Assembly: GCA_030324005.1 (NCBI GenBank)
Contig: JARDVH010000106.1
Span: 50,873,474-50,937,473 of the forward strand
Length of the DNA: 64,000 nt
Direction: 5' to 3'
DNA from: Negaprion brevirostris
Lineage: Eukaryota
The notes under the pieces are model-generated. The model was not told the origin of the DNA, ran no database searches, and saw nothing but the letters and a program-made list of their open reading frames with translations. The translations under genes and the position numbers were made by a program. Shown here piece by piece: positions 11,945-26,030 of the stretch; position 1 is the first letter of the stretch; every line of letters begins with the position of its first letter.

Positions 11945-13610
11945 CATAGCATCATACAGTGCAAAATAGACCCTTCAGCCCATCCAGTCTGTACCAACAA
12001 ACGAGAAACACCTGACCTCCTAATCCCATTTACCAGCACTTGGCCCATAGATGTTATGACATCCAGATCTTTTTAAAGATCTGAAGCAACTTGCCTCTCC
12101 CACCCTCCCAGGCAGCACATTCCAGACCATCACCACCCTCTGGGTACAAAAAGTTTTTCCTCAGATCCCCCCTAAACCTCCTGCCCCTCACCTTGAACTT
12201 GTGTCCTTTCATGACTGATCTTTCAACTGAGGGGAACAGCTGCACCCTATCCACACCACTCAATCTTGTGCACCTCGATTAGGTTATCTCTCAGTCTTCT
12301 CTGCTCCAGCAAAAATAATCCAAGTCTATCCAACCTCTCTTCATAATTTAAATGTTCCATCCCAGGCAGCATTCCGGCTCATCTCCTCTTCACTCCCTCC
12401 AGCACAATCACATCTTTCCTATAATGTGGTGACTAGAACTGCACACAATACTTCAGCTGTGGCCTCACCAAATTTCTATACAACTTCAACATGACTTCCC
12501 TGCTTTTGTAATCTATGCCTCAACTGATGAAGGCAAGTGAAACATATGCCTTTATCACCCTACTAACATGCCCTTCTACCATTAGAGATCTATAGTCAAA
12601 CACGCCAAGGTCCTTCTGTTCCACAGAACTTCCTAGTGTCATGCCATCCATTGAATACTTTATCAAATTACTCCTTCCAAAGTGTATCACCTCACACTTT
12701 TCAGGGTTAAATTCCAACTGTCACTTAACTGCCCATTTGACCATCCCGTCTATATCTTCTTGTAGACCAAGACACTTGGCCTTCTTGTTGACCAAGACAC
12801 CCAGACAATTTGCAAACTTACTTATCCTATCCCCATGTAGTCATCAATGAAATTTATATAAATAACAAATAATAGGGGGCCCAACACACTTTCCTGTAGT
12901 GCACCACTGGACACTAGCTTCCAGTCACAAACCAACCTTCTGTCATCACCTTCTGTTTTCTAAAATTGAGCCAGTTTTGAATCCTGTATCCCATGTGCAT
13001 TTGCCTTAATTATAAATCTCTCGTAGGATGTCAAAGGCTTTGCTGAAATCCATATAAACTACATCAACTGCATTACTTTCACTACATATCTGGTCGCCTC
13101 CTCAAAAAATTCAATCAAATTTGTTAGGCATGATGTCCCTCTGATGAAACCATGCGGTGTATCCCTGTTTAAGCTTTGTCTTTCCAAATGGAGATAGATG
13201 CTCTCCTTCAGAATTTTCTCCAATAGTTTCCCTATCACTGACATGAGACTCAGTTCCCTGTTTATCTCTACAACTCTTCTTAACAAGCAGAACCACATTG
13301 AGTGCTTTCCAGTCCCCTAGCACCTCCCCTGTGACCAGAGAGGAATTAAACATTTGGGTCAGAGCCCCTGCAATCTTCTCCCTTGCCTTCCACAACAGCC
13401 TGGGACACAATTCATCTGGATCTGGAGGTTTGTCCACTTTTAAGCCTGCCAATACTTCCAATTCCTTATCCTTCCCAGTGTCAACTTGCTGAAGAGTCGC
13501 TCAGTCTCTCTCCATAAATTCCACACCTTCATCCTCATTTCTTGGGTGAAGATAGATTGAAGTATTCATTCAACACTCTGCTAATGTTCTCTGGCTTTAC
13601 CCACAGATTT
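11945..13610 (-). mobile_element. CR1 LINE, 5'-truncated, degenerate reverse transcriptase
   Basis: ORF fragments GLKVDKPPDPDELCPRLL, HGFIRGTSCLTNLIEFFEE, MEFNPEKCEVIHFGRSN and GHKFKVRGRRFRGDLRKNF; 3' tail near 11945. Confidence 0.92.
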
Positions 13611-15147
13611 TCCCTTTCTTTAAATCAGAGGTAGTTGAAGTCTCCTTTAGTTGTGCTATGGTAAGTTAGCTCAGTGCATAACTTGATTGAACAGAGAACC
13701 CTTTTGATCTGTATTACTAACGACCAGGTCTTATGATCTACTTATCCATTGTGTCATTGAGTGAAGTTCTTCCTTGTATTTTTTTGCTCCAAATTTAATG
13801 AATACCATTTTCTAATGAAAATCTAATGAGTAAAATAATGCCAGGCCAATGACAGTTTTGCACTATAATAGGCTGATATGAAGGAAAAAAAGGCATTTCT
13901 AAAGTGCATTTCATGTCCTCAGGATGTCCCATTGATCAGTAACTTATTTCAAATTGTGGTTATTTTTTTTCTGTGAAAAAAGGCAACCCATTGGCACACA
14001 GTAAGATGCAAAATGAAGATATTTAGCTGGTAGCCTGTACCACACTCAGTAGATGTAGAAATCTGGTGCATTTGTCAGAGGATGGTTCTTGAGCCATTGT
14101 ACAGGGCTTTGACAAATCATCTGTCACCTTAGAATAATTAATTTGTTGATAGCAGCAGCCAGAAAGCTCCCCTATACTTTTTAAGATGTGGATTGAGACA
14201 TGAAGAAAAAGTGTTCACTCCAAAACTCCATGGACTATGAGGCTCAACAAGGAGCCATTTTCTTTTGGAACTTGCTCTCAATTCCAACAGATCATTTTTG
14301 TTAGCCAGAGTAATGTTTATACACTAAGCACTAGGGCAACACACCCTACCCCCTACAACTCTACCAAAATTGGGTTGCTCCAAAGTTTCAAGCAAAACAT
14401 CTAACAGGCAAATACAGCAAATGAGACCTGTGTCACTTCCTGAAGTCCATCTCACAGACATCTACATTCCCAGTTTATTGGAAGTATCCTTTTAATAAGG
14501 TGATAATTGTGAGTAACCCATCTTTTCCAAGAAGTGAACAATTGTAAGTGCGGGTTCTCATTGCTTCAAGTTGTGGTTTGCTGATGGAGATTTGAGAAAT
14601 CTCAAAACTTAAATTGTTTTTTTCTTACTTGTCTCGCTTCCTCTCAATCCTCTCTCTCTCTCTACCACTCTTTGTCTAATGTGATATTGGATTCACCCAC
14701 GCAAATTCACCTTTCTTCTCAGTCATTCCTCTGCTTATTTTTTAAAATGTATTCATTCACAGTTTTTGGTGTTGTTGGCTCGGTCAGCATTGATTGCCCA
14801 TCCCTTATTGCCCTTGAGAAGGTGGTAATGAGCTGCCTTCTTGAATCACTGTACAGATCATGTGGTGTACTTACGCCCACAGTAATTTTTAGAATCTCCT
14901 TGACAGCCTCAAGTGAGCACATTGAGCAGAAATTTCTAAGGATGATCAATTCTCCCTTTGGAACACGATCAGTTTTGTGGCTAGAGCTAGCTTCGTACAC
15001 AATCTTTTCCAAACTAATGCAAAAGGTGGTAGCAACTTGACTTGTGCTAAATGCAATTTTCAGTTAAAATTCTGAGTTGTGTGCTGGCCACACTGATTTT
15101 GGACAAGTTACATCAAAAACGCCAATGCAATGCAACAAAAAGTCTAG

Positions 15148-15288
15148 GGGGAAAATTTTCCGATCCTCCGCCTGCCGTGGGAATTATCAAAGGCGGGATG
15201 GAAAATTTGATGGACTACTGAAAGGTCGTTGATCTCGTGCAGGAAAATTTCTGGTTTTAGGGCAGATAGGGCTGGAAAATCCCACCCA
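15148..15288. mobile_element. Short MITE
   Basis: Imperfect terminal inverted repeats gggggaaaattttcc / ggaaaatcccaccc. Confidence 0.55.
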
Positions 15289-16978
15289 AGGTCTTTGTGT
15301 TTGCTGCTCAGTGTTGTTTCCTGGACATTGAAAAGATCAGATCAGCTATTTCTTTGCCTGAACACCTAATTTCTATCAATTTTGGATTTCCCCCATCTAT
15401 TCCCACTCTGACTTCTATACCTTTGATTTCCCAATTCACCAAATTTAATGGAAACTGAAGCAATCATATGTCCAATTTTTCCAGGGCACCCTTCAGCCAT
15501 TTGGTCTGAATACATACTCTAGCAAATTCAGAACAGCAACCAATTTCACTATTTCCTTGAATGTCTAGATTGCTGGGTATATGTGGCAGGTATGCTGCCC
15601 TCTGTAGAGTAAAGATGTTGGGTTAGTTGTTATATAGGTGTAGGCCTTTTTTTCCCAAAATACAGCATGGATGAGAGTCTATACCTGAAATGTTGCCTAA
15701 CTGAAATTTGGAGGACTTGCTCAATCTGCCTTTCTGATATTTTCTATTTTCATTTGGTATTTCCTTCATTTGCAGCTCTGTCCCTTATGGGTATCTTTCT
15801 ATGACCTTATGCTCTTTGAATGGTTTCACATTGCCTCAGAGAGATGATATTTGTATATCAGTTGTCATTTTTCATCTCTTTCCAACATATCAAAAATGCT
15901 TGCTGGCCATTTAACCCATGAGCTTCACTCTGTGAAATTATTCAAAATTCTTCAGGCTCTTAAAATTTGTTCTCCCTGTTTTAAAAGCTCCATTAGGGAT
16001 TCTTTCTTATCTTTACAACACCTCTAGTGAAGTGTTCACAAGAATAACATTAACCTGTTCTTGCTGTTTACAGATCCTGGAATCATACGTCACAGAGCCA
16101 ACTATTTCTCCTCATGGGGTGGATTTTTTGAAAGAGCTATCAATTAGTCCCACATCTCATCTTTTTCCTTACATACTTCTTAAGTTTTATTCATTTCCAC
16201 TAAATGGTGGTTTGCAAAAGCATTCAAAAAAACATCAATAATTAATCAGCAGGAAAAATGACTCCAGGATCCATCTCAAGAAACAAGGGTTTACATCATG
16301 TTGTTTAATGCTGCAAGATTGAGTCTTCAGAATTGAGATTTTATGGAAAATTATTTTATTATTCTAAATTCTACAATGCCAAATGTAATGATACTGAAAA
16401 ATCATTTAGAATTATATAATTGAGAGCAATGACCCTAATATGTCCATAGTATTTTCAATTTTTTTTAATGTATAATTCTCTTCATGCTTTCATGGGCTGT
16501 TACATCCACAATTCATTTGGTTGAAATGATTCACAGGACATTTGTCATACTGGTGTACTGAGGTTTACTTGGTTACTTTTGAATAATATTATTAAGTAGA
16601 AATTGAGAGTGGACAACATCAAGAAATACAACTTCCATTTGGCCTTTAATAAAGTAAAATATTCCAATGTCCTTCACAGGACTGTGATCAAACAAAATTT
16701 GATAACAAGGTGCACAAGCAGATATATTAGAGCAGATGACCAAAAGCTTGATCAATAGAATTAATTTTAAGGAACAACTTAAAGGAAAGGAAGGAAAGAG
16801 GTAGTGAAGTTTATTCCAGAGCTTATAGCTTAGTTTTCAGAAGTAACAGCCACAAATGGCAGGACAATGTGATGTGCAAGAGGCCAAAATTAGAGAAGCA
16901 CAGATATTTCAGATGGTTGTAAGATTTGTAGAAAAGTTGCACAAACATCAATGGGAAAAATAAGCATTAAATCTGTTT

Positions 16979-17462
16979 TGCTGAAAGAAAGAGACATATC
17001 AAGCTTTTCCTCTTGCACCCATCAGGAACAAAAGAACACCTTCATACATTGCATTTATTTTCAGTTAAACAAAATAAGTGACAGCCATTCATTTCCCAGG
17101 GCAATGCCTTGACCAACCAGAGTCAACTACCTGGGTTAAATTTCAAACAACGCTTGGTTGTTATCTTTCAGAATATGGTGCATTCTCCATGGCAATGCCT
17201 CATAGGCAGGATTTTCTGACTGTGCTCAACCCAAACCGGAAACTGTTGCCCGAGGTCAATGGACCTTTGCATGGTCCTGTCCTGCTCACTACGATTCCTG
17301 TGGAAGGTGGGACTGGAAAATTCCGCCGTTAGAGTCTACATGCCAACCAATCGGTATACTCTCCTCACAATATAAATTGTAATTTTCCCCTATACCAGTA
17401 TTCTTGCAAAATATTCTGATGAGTGCAAGACAAAAAGGTTCAACATTTCTCTTTTTTCAGTG
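16979..17462. mobile_element. Penelope-derived element with about 55-60 nt inverted termini, each holding a decayed minimal hammerhead core; interrupted by a MITE at about 17205-17328
   Basis: Left arm reverse complement ctgatgggtgcaagaggaaaagcttgatatgtctctttctttcag aligns with right arm ctgatgagtgcaagacaaaaaggttcaacatttctcttttttcag. Internal ggcaatgcct / accaa motifs are repeated. Confidence 0.6.
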
Positions 17463-17479
17463 ATATTCAAACTCTATAA

Positions 17480-17700
17480 GGGTTGAAGGATAAATTTAGG
17501 CCAGGATATCAGGAAAATTCCAGTTTTCTTTGAATTGGGATTCTTTTCACATCCAATTGACAGGACAATTTTGACAATGTGGCTCCTTTTCATTGTACTG
17601 GAGTGTGTCAACCTAAATTATGTACTCTAGCCTCTTCAGTGAAACTTGAACCCAATACTATCTGACTTAGAGGTAAGAATACTATAACTGAGCCAATACT
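17480..17700 (-). mobile_element. Partial Deu-domain SINE (SacSINE1-like)
   Basis: Reverse tRNA-like head ggctcagttatagtattcttacctctaagtcagatagtattgggttcaagttt; homologous to 17750-18182. Confidence 0.6.
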
Positions 17701-17749
17701 GACAACTTTTATCAGAAAATGCAAGATCACTGCCAAAATGTTATTTTAA

Positions 17750-18182
17750 TAAAAAATGACATTGTGTGACCACCAGATGTCCCAAAGCACTTTACAGCCA
17801 ATGATGTTTTAAAGTGTAGTCATTGTTTAATGTAGGGAGAATGACAGCTAATTTGTGCACATCAGATTCTGATAAACTGCAGTGTCAATGACAATAACCA
17901 GATAACCTGTTTTTTGTGATGTTGATCGAGGGATAAATATTGGCCAGGTCACCTGGATAACTTCCCTCCTCTTCTTCAAAGTAGCGCCACAGATTTTTTT
18001 ACGCCACCTGAGAGAGCAGATGGGCCCTCGGTTAACATCTATTCCTGAAGATGGCACATCTGAGTATTCAGTGCTCCTTCAGTACTGCACTGGAGTGTCA
18101 GCTTTGACTTTTGTGTTCAAGTCCTTTAATGGGACTTGAACTCATGACGTTTAGAGGTGAGAGTGGTGTAAACTCAGCCAAT
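17750..18182 (-). mobile_element. Deu-domain SINE (SacSINE1/AmnSINE-related)
   Basis: Head, central body (ctgacactccagtgcagtactgaaggagcactg...ccaatatttatccctcgatcaacatcac) and tail tggctgtaaagtgctttgggacatc. Confidence 0.75.
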
Positions 18183-18819
18183 GCTAACATACAAATATTG
18201 GAAATACTCTTTAGCAGCAATGCATCTGGTAAAGTTTGCATGAATAGCTTGGGTTGTGAACAAGTCCAGAGTCGGAAATGAGGGGGCTTTGAGCTCGATT
18301 TCAAGGTAGTAATCTGAGCCAATGTTGGTCAGGTAAGACAATTGTTTCAATTTCACCTCAAAATTCCAGCGACAAGCATAAAAGTTTATTTTTCCCTTCC
18401 CTAAGTAAATTCTCTCAAGTATGTAAAAATTTTCTGGCACTTATAGCTGTGAAAATAAATTGTCTTATAAATCTTTTTGATTGGGGGGACAATAAGAAGT
18501 TAAGACAAATGAGATTTTATGACTCAGAGGTACATTAACAATGTGAAATATTATACATCTGGAAGGAGGCAGAAACTCACCAGTGGGATTCACTCCATTT
18601 AACATTTAATTGATACTCATGCAGAAAAAGACTTGCTCCTTTCAAAAACGGGCAGAATAATTATTGCCTCCCTGGTACAATGCACATTTCTAACTGGCAA
18701 AAGACATAAATGTTACCGTTGACATTTTTTCTAGACTAAAAAAGAAACAGAGATTTGTAGGAGCTCATTGCTTTGTGATCATTAGTCAGTTCAATCTTCT
18801 CAAGAGTCAGAAAGATTAG

Positions 18820-20500
18820 TATTTGTACCATTGAGTCCATACTGGCTCTCTGAAGAGCAAACCAGACAGTTCCATGCCCTCATTCCGTTCCCACAACCCT
18901 GCAAGTTTATTTCCTTCAAGTGCTCATCAAATTTCCTTTTGAAATCACTGATCACCTCTGCTTCCACCCCCTCCTGAGCAATGAGTTACAGGTCATTATT
19001 AATCGCTGCAGAAATCATTTCTTCCTCATCTTCCCCATGCATTTCTTACCAAAAACCTCACATCTGTAGTTCCTAGTCCTTCTGCCACCAACTAATGAGA
19101 ACACATTTTCCTTGCCAACATTATCCAAATCCTGAATACCTCTATCAAGTCTTTCCCTGATCTCCTTTGCTTGTTGGCGAACAAAGCCAGACACACTCCA
19201 CTCTAACCTCATAGCTAAAACTCCCCATCCCTAGGACAATGCTTGTAGATCTCTGTTACATCCTCTGAAGGGCCCTCACAGTTTTGCAATCATGTGGTTA
19301 CTGAACTAGACAAAATATTTTAGTTGTGACCTAACCAGAGCTTTCTAAAGGTTCAGAATAATTTCCTTCCTTTTATAGTCAATATCTCTATTTATGAAGA
19401 TCAAAATGCCATATAATTTGCTCACTACTCTCTCAATAAATCCAGTGGTCTACAAAATTCAATACATATATACCCCAGGTGCCTCTGTCTCTGCATACTA
19501 TTTAGAACTGTGCCATTTGGTCTATATTGCCTGGCTATTGTACCTGATATAACTTTTGCTTGAAGAATTCACCTGACAGGTCTCATAAATACCCTTTTTG
19601 TTTCATCATTTTCTCTATTCCCCTTATCATCCAAGCAGCTTTGATTTGGTTTCCCTTCCTTTCACCTATGTTGCTAGTCCATATCTGAAGCATCTCATCC
19701 TTAAAAATCACCCATTTTTCCATTACCACTTTTCCCTGTCAATGTTTGGTTTAATTTTATCCTCTTTTGATCCAATTCTACCCCATTGAAATTAACCCTC
19801 TTCCAATTTAGACACTGTACTTTAGAATGTCCCTTGCTCTTCTGCAAATCCAGTCTAAACCTTATAATACAATGATCACTGTTACCTAACTGTCCCTCCA
19901 TTGACACGACCTCAGCCATTAGCACCAGAGCCAGTAGTGCTTTCTTTCTATTTGGACTGAGGATATACTGGGCTGGGAAGTTCTCCTGAACATACATCAC
20001 AAATACCACCCCTCCCTGCCCTCTACCCTAACACTATCCTAAACGATAGTGGGGTAAGTGGAGTTCCAGTATTGCCATTTGATAGTTCTCTGTTATAAAC
20101 ACTGCGATGTCTAAGCAGATTTGCCCCTCTATCTTTCTGGTATCCTTCGAAACCCTATATAATATTTTCCAGTTGCATGATCATACGATTTTTGCTTTTC
20201 CTTTCTAATCAAATGGATTTTCTCCTTGTCCTCTTAACAGCATCTTCCCTTTCCAAGATTACAATGTCTTCCCTAATCAGGACTGTCACTCAACCTTCGT
20301 TTTTCCCTTCCCTATCTTTATGCATTTCTATGCATGCATTGTAAACTTGTCTATACAAGTGACCTCCTTAGTCTGCTCCTGTCTAATATAGTACTACTTC
20401 CTTCTCTAGTACTGTGCAGTTTTCATCTTCTGGATGCTAACGCCTAATCCCTTGCCAATATAGATTAAAGCCCTGTTCCACCCGACCCCGAAGCCACACT
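18820..20500 (-). mobile_element. Highly degenerate, internally deleted CR1 LINE (3'UTR, RT end, endonuclease and ORF1 remnants)
   Basis: ORF fragments FSLVGGRRTRNYR and QLGNSDHCIIRF..LNWKRVNF. Confidence 0.75.
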
Positions 20501-21509
20501 AGTGCACCTCTGTGAGGTTTCATTAAACAGTCAAGTTGGACAACAAACTTAGCTCTTTTTTCCGCTGCTCCAAACAAACCACTAAATGGTGATATTCCCA
20601 TTTGAAACATGTGTTTATTCACATATCTTATGGCTGAAACAGACAATGCATGTCCTCAGTGCCCAAGGCATAGCTTGAGGCATGCTTGAAGCTCTGTACT
20701 GTGACTAAACTGCAGCGTGCTTCCAATTCTGCAACAGCACCTTACCTCAGTTGACATCCCTTTATCACCTACATGTTTAATTCCTCCAAAGCTTTCCTCA
20801 GTTTTCTTCCAATATTCATCCTACAATTACTCCAACAAATCCATCATTGCATTGCTCACATCCAATGTCACAAACTGTTTGCCCATCAGACCAGTCCTTG
20901 CCATTTTAATAGGTTCTACGTTACCATCATGTAAAGTTCAAGATTTTTATTCTTAAATTTACAAATCAATCTGTTTGCTGCTCACTATTGTTTCTCTGTG
21001 GCCTGCACCATGTTGACATCCCAGCCTGCACTTTTGCTCTTCCAATTTGGTTTTCTGTGCATCTTATCCAATGATACAGTATCCACCATTTTGGCCTTAC
21101 TGTCTGGACCACTCTCCTTAAAATCACTTTGCTTTGTTTCCATTCTCTGTGCCTATCTTTTTGATCACACTTTCAGTCATCTCTCGAAACTTTTGCACTT
21201 CTCAAAAGCTGTTCTTCTACTGCAAGGGTCCTTGTGATATTTTTTGATAGACCAAGCACAATATAAATTCAAGTTGTTTGGCACATAGACTCGCACTTGA
21301 CAAATAGATACTTGGGGGATTTATTGGAGGTGACTGGCAGCAGTGAAAATTAAGCAAACCAGGAAGTCCCAGCCTTCAAAAGGGGAAATGGGCAATTCAC
21401 AATGGGAGAAGGTAATTCTCAGCACAAATCTGTTTCGCATTTAAAATTGAGTAGTTTGGTACTGACAAGGTTAAAAAGACTTGTGCATAAAAGAGCACTG
21501 ATGAGCTGC

Positions 21510-21890
21510 CCTCATAGCTCCATTGATAAAGTCAGTGCATAAACTAAGCTGAACAGATCAGGGGTCACAGATTTAGTTTCCAGTTGAACTATTTGATCTC
21601 ACCAAAGGGAGCAGAAGACAAGCTTCTATTATCTTTAATGCCCCTAAGCAGGGAGGATAAAAATCAGCCAAGACTCCAGCTCCTGATCACAATTCAATGA
21701 CCCTTGCATGAAAGTGCATTTGGATGACAGATAAAACTAGAATCGGTTATGATGATGTGCACAACTGAATAGCTTTCTAATACTCCCTTGTCGAAGTTTA
21801 CATGTTAAGAATTTCCTCTTGGATGAGATATGGAGTCAGACAATAGTAATGACCCAATGGATAGTACCGCAGCAAAAGCCAGTGCCTTGA
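21510..21890 (+). mobile_element. LF-SINE-like element
   Basis: gggaggataaaaatcagccaagactccagctcctgatcacaattcaatgacccttgcatgaaagtgc resembles the LF-SINE core as I recall it; related copies at 23470 and 48770. Confidence 0.55.
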
Positions 21891-23469
21891 CAATTGCTAT
21901 TTTGCAAAAAAAAAGGACAATAATTTAAGCACATTACTCTCTTTTTCCATAAGACCTGTAAGTCTCAGAGAGCTGATTCCCAAATTCCTGGCGAGAAGCA
22001 CCAAAATCAACAGCCCTCAGTTGTTCATTTCTGTTTAATTAAATGACAGAAAACCAGGGTCTGTGGCCATACAATTTCCTGACCATTTGTCCACGTGAGT
22101 GGAACATAAACAGGGCAATCTGCTCTAAAACAGCTGCTTTAGCCATAAAAAAACTGCTTTGGCTTTATTTGCTATTATTTACTAAAAAAGCTAATCAAAT
22201 CTCAGCTCCTAAGAACAAAGCAACAATATTTCAGCCTTTTGTTGAATTGTTTTTGCCAACCCATGACGATAACATACATAGCTCAAGGATATTAATTCAA
22301 TCGGGACAATAACTCTCAACTCCAGGAATAAGCATCAAGAAGGCAGTTGCATCAGAAAATGACCATCAGGTTAGCAGTGATACACAATGCAAAATTCCTG
22401 AAATTTCTGCAGTGCACATACGTCAAGCTGGGATTTCAACACCATCAGGCCTACAAAAGAAACTTGGCATTGCCGTTTCTAAGCACCGAGAAGGTACATG
22501 GAATTGAATGAAATCTCACAACAAACTTGTTTACTATAAAACAAGGTACACATTGTGCACACACAGTGCAAAATGCACATTCCACTGACTACATTTAGCA
22601 ATTAATTCAATTTCCAAAGAGAAGATTTTAATTATTTAAAAAAAAGAAAATCTGTCAGGATAATTTCTTCTCGAATGCCCAGTCAGGCTGACGCAGCTTT
22701 AGTGCTGGCCACTGTTGCTAGGTTACAATCAGTCGTAGTGAAGGCCAGTCAGCTGAATTGTTCAGTGCAAGTTTCTGTAGAATATATCAAATTTTTCTTG
22801 GATCAATGAAGTTAAAAGTTAAAAAAATGTTTGAATTATACAAACAAAAATATTTAGGATCATAATTTCTCTCTCTCCTGAGGCTGCTGGCTAACTATGA
22901 ACTGCCATGCTGAAACATGCAAGAGAACCGCACAAAATTTATCTTTGTCTGTTATCAGGGCATGACCCGCTTCCTGGGAATGCCTATCAGGTCCCAAGAG
23001 GATGCCGATCAGAAAGACAACACTGTTGAGCTGGTGGAAATCCTGGTTGATGATGGGGAGGATTGGAGGAGGAGGAGGAGCTCGGTAGGGGTAAAGGAGG
23101 AAATCAGAAGGGAGACGGGAAAAGTGATAATGGTGGCCAGTGGCAACCCACAGTCTTAATGTGGTAGAATTAAGCTTAATCCTTTTCAGGTTTGTTAAAG
23201 ATTTTATTATTTACCTTCTCGTTGTCAGTAAATGGTCTCTTTGAAGATCAGTGGTTTGGCAACTGTTCATCCAAGAAAATGGACTGGAGCATGCACAGCA
23301 CCTGATGCAGACTGTCACACTCCAGTGTTAGAAATTTAGGCCCACATTAGAAATTTAGGCTCTTTAGGCCCACAGTTTGTTTAAATGGGGGAAATGGGGG
23401 GTGGTGAGAAACATGTTGTCTGGCTTTTGGCAGCTGTTACATGTTCACCTATTTTCTTCCCTCCCTTTG

Positions 23470-23805
23470 CTCAGATGTGAGCCCCTTGCTAGGTGCAGTT
23501 CTCCTGGTACTGGTTACTCTCCAATGTCTTGTCAAAGTGACTGTAAGAAGGTGATTCATCACAGAGCCCCGTTCTGCCATCAACAGGCTTCCACATGCTC
23601 AAGACATGACATGCAACACAGATAGTGATCAGGAAAAGGAATCCACTCCTAACTCAGGGTTGTTGATGCCCAATTGTAATACGTCTAGTTGCTGCTGCAG
23701 TTGAAAGCAGCTCATTCAGTATAGATTGGAAATGATACCTGGGGCATTCTTGATTGTGTAAATCAGTGCCCACACCTTAAGGTGCATTTATCCAGTAAGC
23801 CAAAG
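23470..23805 (-). mobile_element. LF-SINE-like element
   Basis: Reverse-orientation homology to 21510-21890 (gatagtgatcaggaaaagg; tRNA-like head near 23800). Confidence 0.45.
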
Positions 23806-24599
23806 AAGTTACTGTTTTCACAATTCTGTTACAGTGAGGTATACCCTTGTCCTTGTTATCGCACTTCAGCATATTTGGCAAATGGTTCTAAAAATACACA
23901 GTTCAAAATTGAATATAAAAAATATAATTTGTTTTGAATTGGATTTTCATGATTATTTGGGTGTTAATTTAGTTTATTAATTTAAACAAGAAAATCTTGT
24001 GAGCACAGTGACATTTTGAGTGTGGTGCATTTCTTTCTCATTATTCAACACTTCTCAATTTTGTAATTTGTCAGTGACAAAAATTCATTGAAAATTATTT
24101 TTGCTGACAGAACAATGCAAACCTGGCTTTTGTCCAGAGCAGCCATCCCATTCCTATTCACAAGTCAGTGAAATGTTATCCTCAAACTGACTCTTTTCAT
24201 AAAGGTTTAAAGTTATTAACATTTAAATTTATTAATGTTTAATAAAAATTCATTCAATCTCTCAAGTAATCATTGTAGTGTCTCCTTGCCTTTTCTGTGA
24301 TTAGAATATAAAATCATTCTCTCAAGGCTGTAGAAACAAAGCCCCAAAGCAGATTTCTGCCCACAACCCCCCAGTGTTGTTTCTGCATATACTTTATGAT
24401 GTCTGATGTCTTCTCCCAATTGGATATCTGAAACCACTAAAACCTCACTTGACTAATGCCATCATTTTGAAATCCTTGTTGTATTCCTAAATTGAAAGTT
24501 ACTGGGGTTGTTGTGGAGGAGGCGAGGGGAGAGAGCTTGCAATTGAAAGTGAAGTCAAGTGAAGAAACAGAGCAGCTAGATACTTACAAAACTTTCTTG

Positions 24600-24810
24600 C
24601 GCAAAAGTCATAGATATTTGGAACTCTCTTCTCAACTCTTTCTGATGTGGGTAGTAGGACAATTAGAACAGGTGCCAGGCTGAGATTGGTAGATTTTTGT
24701 TAGCTGTGGGTATCAAGGGACATGGAGCAAAGATAGGAAAATTGATTTGAGGTGCTGATTCTCCACAGTCTAACTGAATAGTGAAGCAGACTTGAAGAGC
24801 TAAGTGGCGT
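24600..24810 (+). mobile_element. CR1 3' end fragment
   Basis: gagattggtagatttttgttagc..ggtatcaagggacatgg...ctaactgaatagtgaagcagacttgaagagctaagtggc. Confidence 0.65.
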
Positions 24811-25789
24811 TGTTTCTCACGTTACTACACTACTACGTTACAGAAACCGAAGATCAATATTAGTTAAACATTTACCCGCATTTCCAATGCTCGCAGTCAC
24901 CAGGGTATCTTGTTCACAATATATTTAATTTAATCACATATTCTTGGCTGTATTCTTTCCCTTACTTCCCTCTTCCTTTGGCATATTGGGCAAAAATAGT
25001 TGGATAAGATGGACTATATTGTAACATGGGATGAGGCTGCAGAGCTGCATGGCCACAAACTGGGCAATCCAAAATTCAAGAGCTCACAATTTAGTAACAT
25101 TTACTTTTGACAAAATCACTAAGTGAATCCATTGTTCATTTACAATAACCAAGATAAAATGGCTTTTGCCATTATAACTAGCATCACAGGTATATGCCAA
25201 ACTGTGCCCCCCGAATTTACTTTTTGAACTACACAAAGGGGGACACAAATCAGTACTGATTGAGATTTTTTTGACATTATTAGAAATTTTGGTCTTTCAC
25301 GTAATGTAGTAGAACACACAGGCACATCAAAAACAGTGTATTTGCACACATGCAAAGAGGTTTGCTTGAACTTTTTTTGGACAAAAGAAAACCTAGCCAG
25401 GTCATGTGGGGTATGCATTGCAGGAGGAATGGGGCTTGAAGTTTGGGTGCCTCCTACCATTTAATAGGCCTGTGTGTAATGATGTAGCCACCATGGTACA
25501 TTCACTAGTCCCATTAAATCTGGCAGCAGCTAGGAAACCCTATTGAAAAATGAGTTGCCCTAGCCTTTGCTTGGAACTAAAATATTCGCACTTAATAAGC
25601 AAATTGAAAGTTCTGTTTATTCTGAGATCTAATGCCAAATCTAATTATTTAAACCAGCCATACTTCTGCTACTGACTGGGATCACAGAACTTCACTGTTT
25701 TAGTTTCCACATGCTGCACGATGCAGGCGAGTCTGGACATGTGCAAAGGAGTTACTTTTGACAGTTTGTGAAAAGCAAACATTTAAATT

Positions 25790-26030
25790 TATTTGGAGGC
25801 ACTGTATAAGGCGCTGGAAAGATTCACAAGCATGCTATTAGAACTATGAGGATATTGTTTTCAGAAAAGACCGAACAATCTGGGGCTGTTTACTTCAGAG
25901 AACAGAAGGCTGAGAAATGATCAAATAGTGGACTTTAACATTATTTAGTGGCTTGATTGGGTAAAGGTAGAGGAGATGTTTCCACTTGTGGGGGAGACCT
26001 AAACAACACGGGTGAGAGTGGGTTAAGATA
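25790..26030 (+). mobile_element. CR1 RT C-terminal fragment
   Basis: ctggaaagattcacaagcatg...ctggggctgtttacttcagagaacagaaggctgaga (LGLFxxExRRLR-like). Confidence 0.6.
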
